Source: Mobula hypostoma (taxonomy: Eukaryota). Taken from it: a stretch of DNA of 64,000 nt. A program made the position numbers and the translations under genes. The notes beneath the pieces were generated by a model that made no database searches, had not been told where the DNA came from, and worked only from the letters and a program-made list of their open reading frames with translations. The DNA lies in assembly GCF_963921235.1 (NCBI RefSeq), contig NC_086097.1:219234001-219298000 (forward strand), in the 5' to 3' direction. Position 1 is the first letter of the stretch, and the number at the start of each line of letters is the position of its first letter. This document shows, piece after piece, positions 54,127 to 64,000 of this stretch.

Positions 54127-56137
54127 ATAATTTAATTGACATTCTATTGCTAATGAGTGCCTGAATAACTCCTATTTATTATTTTTTTTCTGAGTGTTCT
54201 TAAGTTGCATTTGTAAGCTCCAATTTTGCTAACTAGAGAAGTATAAAATAATTTGGTGGGTTACTAGTTCTGAAAAATGCCTGCCACTCTGTGGTGTCTG
54301 GGCTAATTGTCTAATAATGGGAAATTCACCCTGAAATGATCACGAGTCCAAATTGACATGAGTAATTTTGTTTTTTCAATTTCTTCTTTTGCTGTGAATT
54401 TGTTGAAAAATAATTAATGATTAGGGATCATCCAAATAAATTCTAACACCAGGATTTTCAAATACCCTGGCACAATGTAATGTGGCATTCTTGACAGTGA
54501 GTTGCTGCAGATTAGTTGTGTTGTAAATTTTCTTTTAGGATCTCTGCAGAGTCGTTTGTACCGTTTATCATTTTGCTCTGCGAACTCTGCTCAGACTAAT
54601 ATTTTTGGATTATTTTTTCATTTCACTTTGATGCTTTATTGTTTACTTCTGGCTTTGCTGCTGCTTTGTGTTTGCTTTTATGAAGTCACATAACATATTT
54701 AAAATTATTTGAGACAAACTACTCATTTGTTCTTTGTGGGCATTAAGGACACTGAAGGAAGAGAAAAGAAATGAAGAAGAGAAAAACTCAGAAATTAAGA
54801 ACAGTAGAATGAGGTTAAATTATGATCTTTGGCAAAAATTGCAGGACCAATACCATTTGTACTTGATATGTTACCGTGAATTTGGGCCATAGGATAGTGT
54901 AGCAGTTAGTGCAGCACTTTACAGTGTCAGATGTAAGTTCAGGGTTAAATTTCCGCTGCTGTCTGTAAGAAATTTGTATGCTTTCCCTGTGACCATGTGG
55001 CTTTCCTGCGGGTCCTCCAATTTCATCCCGCATTCCAAAGACATATAGTTGGGGTTAGTGAGTTGTGGGCATACTATGTTGACGCTAGAAATGTTGCCAC
55101 AGTTTTGCGGGCTGCACAGCACATCTCCTGCTGATTTGATTTGATGCAAATGATGCATTTCACTGTATGTTTCAATGTACGTGTAACAAATATAGTCTTT
55201 TTTGAGACTTTTTCTTTCAATTGTCTCTTTAATGTTAGCAACTCCCCTGTAGCTTTCAATATAGTGGGTTGGAAATTTGTAGAAAATTTTATATTATTCA
55301 TCCCAAGTATTTCAAGGAATAGAAACATCAGTGTTAGGGAATTTCTGAAAGCTGGGGGCACAATGAAGTGCTGACGAAGTCTTTAGTTACCAGCATTATT
55401 TTGAGTGAATCCCTATCATCATTCATGCTGGATGCACTTTCCTGGAAATTGGATTTCACTGTTTTAGATGTGCTGAATATGTGCCCTGTAGGCAGCCAAC
55501 AACCAATCAGATCCCCCACAAAAATGTGTTTAGCTGAAAGAAACTTGTGAAAGCACTCTTGCAGTTTGCAAACAGACTCTTCAACTGGAATGTGTCTGCT
55601 CTGTTGTCATAAGGAGTTGTGTGAATATATCGTAACCTTTTCCTCCTGGCCAGGCTTATCACCAGGAAGAGCATTATGGACACTTTCAAAGATTGCATAA
55701 ATGGATATCGATCCGGAGAGATGAGATGGAGATGGGGATGTAGGTTCAATTTCAACATTAAAGAGAAATTTGGATAAGTACATAGATGGGAGGGGTATGG
55801 AGGGCTATGGGCTGGGTGCAGGACCATGGGACTAGTCTGAAAAATAGTTTGGCAGGAACTAGGTGGGCCAAAGAGCTTGTATCTGTGCTGTACTGTTCTA
55901 TGTCTCTACGATAGGTGATTTGTAGTGGGCATGGTTATCTGATCTGTTTATGGCTTGCATTGTGAGTGGGTGAATGCCATAGGGAGGAATGGAACAATCA
56001 AAGGATAGAGATCACAGCACACAGATCTAATACGAATTGTACAAAGAGATCAAAACTATGCAAAGTCCGATGTAAATTCAGGTATCCATTGAGTACTGAT
56101 GGGACAGAGGCTATGAGCAAAGCCAATGCAGGTCATA

Positions 56138-56405
56138 GGGTGGCACAGTAGCACAGTGGTTAGCACAATGCTTTACAGCACCAGCAACCCCGGTTCAATT
56201 CCCACCACTGCCTGTAAGGAGTTTGTATGTTCTCCCTGTGACCACATGGGTTTCCTCCGGGTGCTCCGGTTTCCTCCCACAGTCCAAAGACCTTCTGGTT
56301 GGTCGGTTAATTTATCATTGTGAATTGTCCTGTGATTAGGCTAGGGTTACAACAGGGGTTGTTGGGCCCAAAGGGCCGGAAGGGCCTACTCCATGCTGTA
56401 TATCA
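56138..56405 (+). mobile_element. tRNA-derived V-domain SINE (paralogous copy at 53558-53825)
   Basis: A-box-like TAGCACAGTGG, B-box GGTTCAATTCC, and V-domain GTTTCCTCCGGGTGCTCCGGTTTCCTCCCACAGTCCAAAGAC. Confidence 0.8.
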
Positions 56406-57338
56406 ATTAATTAATTAATCAACATAATTTAATTGACATTCTGTTGCTAATGAGTGCCTCAATATACTCCTATTTATTATTATTATTTTTTCTAAGCATT
56501 CTTAAGTTGCATTTGCAAGCTCCAACTTATGCTGACAAGAGAAGTATAAAATTATTTGGTTGGAGACTAGTTCTGAAAAATGCCTGCCACTCTATGATGT
56601 CTGGCTAATTTCCTAATGACTGAAAATTCACCCTAAAATGATCACCAGTCCAATTTGACATGGGTAATTTTGTTCTTGCAATTTGTACGTGGCCTATCAG
56701 CGGCGTCAACAGAGCTTTACCAAGAGGGACTACTCGCAGGTCGGCGGTAGTTATTTAAAAAGGGAGCTTTGAGAGTGTTTGTCCATTGTACGTGGCCTAT
56801 CAGCGGCTATAACCAGAGCACCAATCATGAGTTAGATAGCAGGGAAGGTTCAGGCAAAAAAGGCAGACACTGACTAGTGGAGCGGTCATCAACGGAGTGA
56901 TCTGAGGCAGAGTGGTAGCGCTTTGGCTCATTCGGACTTCGGCGCTAACGGATTGAGGCGAGGTAAGTTAACTGTGAGGAATAGAAACAGGAAGTGTGTC
57001 TGTGAGGCCGGTGTTCTGTGCTCGGTGTCAGATGTGGCAAGTCTGGGAGACACCCAGCCTCCCGGACGGCCACGTCTGTGCCAGGTGCGTTGAGCTACTG
57101 CTCCTTAGGGATGGCGTTAGGGAGCTGGAGATGCAGCTCGATGACCTTCGTCTGGTCAGGGAGAACAAGGAGGTGATAGAGAGGAGCTATAGCCAGGTAG
57201 TCACACCAGGGCCTCGGGAGACAGTCAGGAGAGGGAAGGGCAAGAGTCAGATACTAGAGAGTATCTCTGTGGCTGTCCCTGTTAACAAGAATTGAAAATG
57301 CACTTGGACTACGATGTCAACTGTTCTGTGCTATCACC

Positions 57339-57420
57339 AGTGGGATCATCAGTTGATCTGCCACCTGTCTTCAGGAGTTTCGGCCCACTTATGATCAAGG
57401 CTCCCTCGAGGTAGTGGGCC
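57339..57420 (-). ncRNA. Candidate hammerhead-like structured RNA in Hero 3' UTR
   Basis: CTGATGA and GAAA cores with complementary arms TTGATC/GATCAA, GGAG/CTCC and AGTGGG/CCCACT, in non-canonical order. Confidence 0.45.
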
Positions 57421-59854
57421 AGCAGTGCTAAAGCACCACCTTCCAATGGTGAGCTTAAAAACTTGGCATCTGCCTCTATCAGAGTTGTTGGTCACTTCCA
57501 TCCTACAGATAGTCTGCTCTTCAGGTGTCTATGCAACTACTGAAGAGTTTGCAAGATATGTATACACTGTCTGACTATCTGCCCCTCTGGACATACTTGG
57601 TCCACACCCATGCTGATCCTTTCTCTGCTGCCTCAGCTACAGCCCTGCTGGTTGACTTGATCTCTCTTCTAGTGAAGCCAAGGTCATGCCACCACTTCTG
57701 GAAAGTGAACGCAATAAACCCACGGCAGCCTACTTCGAATGGATAACATGAGACCTTCCACCCTCTGTCTCTGCACTCTGATCTTAATTCTGCATACTTG
57801 GTTAACTTGCGCTGATTGGCTTCATCGATGTTGTCTTCCCAGGGGACTGTGAGTTCACCAATAACCACTTCTCTACTGGTGTCAGGCCATATGATTATAC
57901 CTGGACGCAATGTGGTGAAAGCTATTTGCTCTGGGAAACTGCCTTTCCCATCCAGGTCGGCCTTGACATTGGCTGAAGAAAGTATGCTTGATCGTGGGAT
58001 TGTGCTGTACACCCTTGACTTGGAGCCTTCTTTGACAAATGGTATGCGATGTTCTGTGCAGCATGGGGCATGAGATAAGTTGTGCTGCAGTACTCTCTGC
58101 TCTACCGCTTCTGTTACAACTTTGAGAATGTTGTTATGTCTCCAAGTGTACATGCCGCTGGAAAGATTGACTCTGCATGAACTCAAGATATGTTGAAGTG
58201 TTCCCTTCTCGCCACAAGCAGCACACCTGTCTGTCTTATCTTCATAACAGGTGTTGAGGTTGGCAGGTGTTGGGAGCAGGTTGTATGCTGCTCTGCATAG
58301 AAAAGAAATGCAGAGCGGTTCCATCTGCCACAGAACATTCCAAGATAGATGTCGTTGTTCAACATTTTCCCACCAGGTCCCCAAGCCCCTTGTCTGGCCA
58401 GGCCAGCTGTTTTAGCTAACCTCTTCTCCTCTTCTACCTCTCGTATTTCTTGTGTTACAAGCTCACGGCGCTCCTTACCTGTAGAAGATGACCACCACTT
58501 GTGGGTTGTCCATCCAAGTCCCTGGAGGCCTAGCTGGATAGCCCCAACCGTCTCCTTGTGCTTCAATCTAGACTCTGCCTCATCAACTGCTACACAGGCT
58601 GACCACCTCCTGCCTGATCCCACATCCGGTTGGGTGTTCTTCATGACAGGGTCTTTTGAGTCTCAAAACATCAAGAATGATCTTACCTTGGCTACCTTGA
58701 CCTCTTCAACAAGGGATTGCACTGGGATGGTAAGATTTGTCTGGCTACTGTGGAATGTAACATTGGTGAGGCTGCTCGGTACTCCAAGCCACTTCTTCAT
58801 ATACTTGTTGATCTTCTGTTCCATTGCCTCAACATGGGACATTGCCACTTCATAGACAGTTAGTGGCCACATTATCCGTGGCATCAGTCCATACTGCAAG
58901 CACCACAACTTCAACTTGCCAGGCAAGCCACACTTGTCAACAGACATCAGACCTCTGCTGATCTGTTCTCCTGTCTCTTGAACCCTCTTGGTGTCTCTCA
59001 GCTCCTCTGTGTACCATTGCCTGAGGCTCTTAACTGGTTGGTCCTGAAAGGATGGAATCTCCTCTCCACAAAGGGTGAAATGAAAGTCAACCAAGAACAA
59101 GGCACCTTGACTTCTTGGTCTTGAACTTTATTCTTCCCCAGTCCATTAGCTCCTTGAATCTAGATAGTACACTTTCCACTGCCTCCGTGCTAGGACCCAA
59201 AAGGGTGAGATCGTCCATAAATGCTTGTATTGGTGGTAACTCCCCTCAGCCATCAAGTGCAACATCTGGTCCCACTGATTCTGCAGCCCTCACAATGACC
59301 TCCATGGCTAACACAAAAAGGATGGGTGAAATCACACATCCCATTGGGATTCCAACATCCAAGCGCTGCCACCTAGTTGTAAACTGCTGAGTGGAAAACC
59401 TCATCCGGAAATCGTAGTACTGCATAACAAAGTTCCTCACCTTAGCAAGAATCCATAGGAATGCCATCACAAACTCAATCAGGGCATGGGGAACAGAACC
59501 ATACGCATTTGCAAGATCAAGCCAAAGCACAGCCAGATTTCTTCTCAACCTTTTCTACTCCTGGATGATGTGCGATATCATACTAGTATGTTCAAGGCAT
59601 CCCGGGAAGCCTGGTATTCCTGCCTTCTGCACAGATGTATTTACCAATCCATTCTCTATCACAAATAAAGATATTCTTTCTGCTAGAATGCCAAACATAA
59701 TCTTCCCCTCTACATTCAGGAGTGAAATTGGTTGGAACTGATTCAATGTAGTAGAATTCTCTTCCTTCAGGATGTATACTCCTTCAGCCTCACTCCATGA
59801 CAAAGGAACAACACCTTGTCTCCACACCACCTTAAACAATCTCCACAAGTATTT

Positions 59855-60072
59855 AGCAAACACGAGGAATTCTACAGGTGCTGGAAATTCAAGCAACACA
59901 CATCAAAGTTGCTGGTGAACGTGCAGATGCTGGAAATTCAAGCAACACACAGCAGATGCTGGAAATTCAAGCAACACACTGTCCTGACGAAGGGTCTTGG
60001 CCTGAAACGTCGACTGTACTTCTTCCTAGAGATGCTGCCTGGCCTGCTGCATTCACCAGCAACTTTGATGTG
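59855..60072. mobile_element. 218-bp Penelope-derived mini-element with hammerhead motif (59981-60014, + strand)
   Basis: 14-bp TSD CTCCACAAGTATTT at 59841-59854 and 60073-60086. GTCCTGACGAAGGGTCTTGGCCTGAAACGTCGAC. Confidence 0.9.
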
Positions 60073-63000
60073 CTCCACAAGTATTTCCTCAGCTCTTCAT
60101 ACTTCTTGAATACCTTATACAGCACTCCATTAGGTCCCGGCAATGAACCTGACCTTGTCTTTCTGATGAACCGTTCAACTTTGGCCAGTTTGGGTTCTGA
60201 GAGATCGAACTTCACTCCTGGCTTGGTAGGCTTCACAAGCCCTGAAATGTCAAGCAAAGGAGCCTCCCACTGTTTGTTAGAGTAAGTGCTTGCCAGGTGA
60301 TCCTTAAGTTCTTGTTGAGAGATGTTAAGCTGCCCACTCTTACTTTGTTCAAACAATTTCTTTGTGAACTGGTGAGGGTTCTCAAACAACGACTTTCTTG
60401 CCTTCTCTCTCTTCTTTCTTTTTTTACGTTGTGACTCTGCACGACGGAGTGGTGCTAACTTTAACTGAAAATGCTCTCGGAGACCAGCAAGCCCTGGCTT
60501 GTCACCCTCACTTGCTACCTTCCACCTCTGTCTCAATGATCTAAGCTCTCTCCTCAACCTATTAATCTTCTTCTGGTGCCTGCTTGGTGTCAGTGTAGGC
60601 TTTGCTTTCTTCAACTCAACCAAATCAAACTGGTACTTTCCAACATCATATCACCCATCACTTCCAACTTTCTGTTTGATGTTCCCCTGAGAGTGTTTTC
60701 CAACATCATACTGATATCCTCATCAAACGCACACCAAGCCTTCTCATCTGCCACTGCTGGCCACTCGACCTTCCTCTTCTTCTCTACCTCCTCACCACCA
60801 CCATCATGCAAAGGATCTAGCTGGGTACTGTGGTCTGAAATCTGACCTGGGTTACCTCTCGTCTGACCTGGAGTATGATGACTCTCTCCAGAGCAAATAG
60901 CTGTGGCTTGTGAATCAGTGGTTGAGAAGACCACGTCATCTGTGCTTGCTGAAGTAACTTCATTTTCATTCACTGGGATGGAATAGCACTTCAACTTTGC
61001 TTGGTGGACTCGTAAACCTTTAATGCTGGAAAACGCTCTCCTACACCAACACATTGGACACTCAGAGCCTCTTATCCTAGCTCTTGGTCGTAGTCGTTCC
61101 CTGTAATTAACTGTATCCATCCGATTGGATCCATCATTCTCCCTCCCTCTCTGAGGACCCCAAGGGTATGCTTCTCCGTGTAAACTAGAAACTTCAAGGG
61201 GTGGGTGCTCCTCTGAGCTGGTGCCCGGACTGACAATCCCGACACAATAAGTACTCCTGCTTGAGTACTGTTGGGGGGACGACATACCTGGGGGAAGCAA
61301 CAGTGGCAGTGCCTCTGGCACAGAGTCTGGCCCTGTGGCTCAGATGGGCAGGGGAAGGAAGAAGGCAGCAGTGATAGGGGACTCTATAGTTAGGGGGTCA
61401 GACAGACGGTTCTGTGGATACAGAAAAGAAATACAGATGGCAGTTTGCCTCCCAGGTGCCAGGGTCCGGGATGGTTCTGATCACGTCCATGATATCCTGA
61501 AGTGGGAAGGTGAACAGCCAGAGGTCGTGGTACATATTGGTACCAGTGACATAGGTAAGAAAAGGGAGGAGGTCCTGAATACAGACTACAGGGAGTTAAG
61601 AAGGAAGTTGAGAAGCAGGACCTCAAAGGTAGTAATCTCGGGAGTGCAAGAGGGAGGATAGGCAGGTGAAGGGATGTGCTCAGACCATTGGTTTGAGATG
61701 TGTCTATTTTAATGGAAGGAGTATTATGAACAAAGCAGATGAGCTTAGAGTATAGATCAGTACTTGGAGCTGTGATGTTGTAGCCGTTACAGAGACTTGG
61801 ATGGCTCAGGGGCAGGTATAGTTACTTCAAGTGTCAGGCTTTAGATATTTCAGAAAGGACAGGGAGGGAAGCAAAAGAGGTGGGGGCATGGCACTGTTGA
61901 TCAGAGATAGAGCCACGGCTGTAGAAAAGGAGGAAGACATGGAGGGATTGTTTACAAGGTCTCTGTGGGTGGAAGTTAGGAACAGGAAGGGGTCAATAAC
62001 TCTCTTTTATAGACCACCCAATAGTAACAGGGACATCAAGGAGCAGATAGGGAGACAGATTCTGGAAAGGTGTAATAATAACAGGGCTGTTGTGGTGGGA
62101 GATTTTAATTTCCCAAATATCGATTGGCATCTCCCTAGGCGAGGGGTTTAGATGGGATGGAGTTTGTTGGGTGTGTTCAGGAAGGCTTCTTGACACAATA
62201 TGTAGGTAAGTCTACAAGAGGAGAGGCTGTACTTGATCTGCTATTGGGAAATGAACCTGGTGTCAGATCTCTCAATGGGTGAGCATTTTGGACATAGTGA
62301 TCACAACTTTATCTCTATTACCATAGCATTGGAGAGGGATAGAACAGCAAGTTAGGAAAGCATTTAATTGAAGTAAGGGGAAATGTGAGACTATCAGGCA
62401 GGAACTTGGAAGCATAAATTGGGAACAGATGTTCTCAGGGAAATGTACAGAAGAATTGTGGCAAATATTCAGGGGATATTTGTGTGAAATTCTGCATAGG
62501 TACATTCCAATGAGACAGGGAAAGGATGATAGTGTACAGAAACCGTGGTGACAAAGGGTGTTGTAAATCTAGTCAAAAAGAAAAGAGCTTATGAAAGGTT
62601 CAAATAACTAGGCAATGACAGAGCTCTAGGAGATTATAAGGCTAGCGGGAAGGAGCTTAAGAAAGAAATTAGGAGAGCCAGAAGGAGCCATGAGAAAGCC
62701 TTGGCCGATAGGATTAAGGAAGACCCCAAGGCATTCTGCAAGTATGTGAAGAGCACAAGGATAAGACGTGAGAGAATAGGACCAATCAATTGCAACAGTA
62801 GAAAAGTGTGTAGGGAGAAGATAGTAGAGGTACTTAATGAGTACTTTGCTTCACTATTCACTGCGGAAAAGGATCTCTGCGATTGTAGGGATGACTTACC
62901 GTGGACTGAAAAGCTTGAATATTTAGATATTAAGAAAGAGGATGTGCTGGAGCTTTTGGAAAGCATCAAGTTGGATAAGTCACTGGGACCAGACAAGATG

Positions 63001-64000
63001 TACCCCTGGCTACAGTGGGAAGCGAGGGAGGAGATTGCTGGGCCTATAGCAATGAACTTTGCATTATCAATGGGGACGGGAGAGGTTCCGGAGGATTGGA
63101 GGGTTGCTGATGTTGTTCCTTTATTCAAGAAAGGGAGTAGAGATAGCCCAGGAAATTATAGACCAGTGAGTTTTACTTCAGTGGTTGGTAAGTTGAGGAG
63201 AAGATCCAGAGAGGCAAGATTTATGAACATTTGGAGAGGTATAATATGATTAGGAATAATCAGCATGGTTTTATGAAAGGCAGGTTGTGCCTTACGAGCC
63301 TGATTGAATTTTTTGAGGATGTGACTAAACACATTGCAGAAGGTAGAGCAGTAGATGTAGTGAATATGGATTTCAGCAAGGCATTTGGCAAGGTACCCCA
63401 TGCAAGGTTTATTGAGAAAGTAAGGAGGCATGGGATCCAAGGAGATATTGCTTTGTGGATCCAGAACTGGCTTGTCCACTGAAGGCAAAGAGTGGTTGTA
63501 GACAGGTCATATTCTGCATGGATGTCAGTCACCAGTGGTGTGCCTCAGGGATCTGTGTTTGGTAGTCTTTCTCTTTGTGATATTTATAAATGACCTGGAT
63601 GAGGAAGTGGAGGGATGGATTAGTAAATCTGGTGACGACACAAAGGTTGAGGGTGTTGTGGATAGTGGGGAGGGCTGTCAGTGGGAAATTGATAGAATGC
63701 AAAACTGGGCTGAGAAGTGGCAGGTGGAGTTCAACACAGATAAGTGTGAGGTGATTCATTTTGGTAGGTCAAATATGATGACAAAATAATGGTAAGATGC
63801 TTGGCAGTGTGGAGGATCAGAGGGATCTTGGGGTCCGAGTCCATAGGACACTCAAAGCTGCTGAGCAGGTTGACTGTGTCGTTAAGAAGGCATACGGTGT
63901 ATTGGCCTTCATCAACTGTGGGAATGAGTTCAGTGTCGAGAGGTAATGTTACAGCTATATAGGACCCTGATCAGATCCCACTTGGAGTACTGTGCTCAGT

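Larger units (their letters stand above)
52520..56684. repeat. Local tandem duplication (copy A about 52520-54390; copy B about 54710-56684)
   Basis: Collinear unique and SINE/CR1 sequence, e.g. GGGCATTAAGGACAC at both starts. 53439-53849 matches 56019-56429 without gaps. Confidence 0.9.
57289..61243 (-). mobile_element. Near full-length Hero/R2-group non-LTR retrotransposon (zinc finger, RT, CCHC, restriction-like endonuclease), frameshifted
   Basis: CWCRRAFSSIKGLRVHQAKLKC; LLNVEGKI, SVQKAGIPGFPGCLEH, WLDLANAYGSVPH, GIPMGCVISP, AFMDDL; CAACGEKGTLQHILSSC; LRPGIIIW...GELTVPWE...KLTKY. Flanked by ACAA at 57285-57288 and 61244-61247. Confidence 0.9.
56684..64000 (+). mobile_element. CR1 LINE with 5' UTR, ORF1 (Cys-rich/coiled coil + SGNH esterase) and decayed ORF2 (APE + RT); runs off the window; interrupted by a Hero element
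   Basis: ORF1 CARCQMW...CARC...LRDGVRELEMQLDDL (56996) resumes as NKYSCLSTVGGD at about 61246, then VIGDSIVRG/LPGARV/VHIGTSD. ORF2 shows RKDREGSKRGGGMALL, YRPPNS, GDFNFPNIDW, PEDWRVADVVPLFKKG and DFSKAF. Confidence 0.93.

Noticed and set aside
56138..56215. tRNA gene
   Set aside because: A/B boxes run directly into a V-SINE body and no complete cloverleaf is evident.
59879..59979. Three 23-bp direct repeats as a CRISPR-like array
   Set aside because: Spacers are 26 and 6 bp and derive from the same Penelope terminal repeat. The context is eukaryotic with no cas genes.
61150..61243. HDV-like ribozyme at the Hero 5' end
   Set aside because: Expected by analogy with R2, but I could not assign the nested double-pseudoknot pairings by eye.
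60611..61321. 236-aa ORF as the true Hero N-terminus
   Set aside because: Its first ~26 codons are antisense CR1 ORF1 sequence outside the element boundary at 61243.

Overview
Eukaryotic, AT-rich, transposon-dense vertebrate DNA. The repeat mix (CR1, Penelope-like, Rex/Babar, RTE, V-domain tRNA SINEs) suggests a cartilaginous fish such as a ray; this is an inference. Most ORFs in the supplied track are decayed TE frames or noise, and I found no clearly intact host gene. Main observations: (1) a triple nest at 56.7-64 kb, in which a CR1 LINE with its 5' end is interrupted by a near full-length Hero/R2-group RLE retrotransposon, itself interrupted by a 218-bp Penelope-derived mini-element; (2) a candidate hammerhead-like fold with non-canonical strand order in the Hero 3' UTR, part of which also occurs inside an unrelated solo LTR at the window start; (3) a chain of decayed + strand exon remnants at about 22-37 kb resembling thyroglobulin type-1, sushi/hinge-like, GCC2/GCC3 and EGF-like modules, i.e. 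a probable multi-exon pseudogene; (4) several minimal hammerhead motifs in Penelope terminal repeats; (5) a ~2-kb tandem duplication with copy-specific insertions and a homogenised tract. Family assignments come from motif recognition by eye, not database searches.
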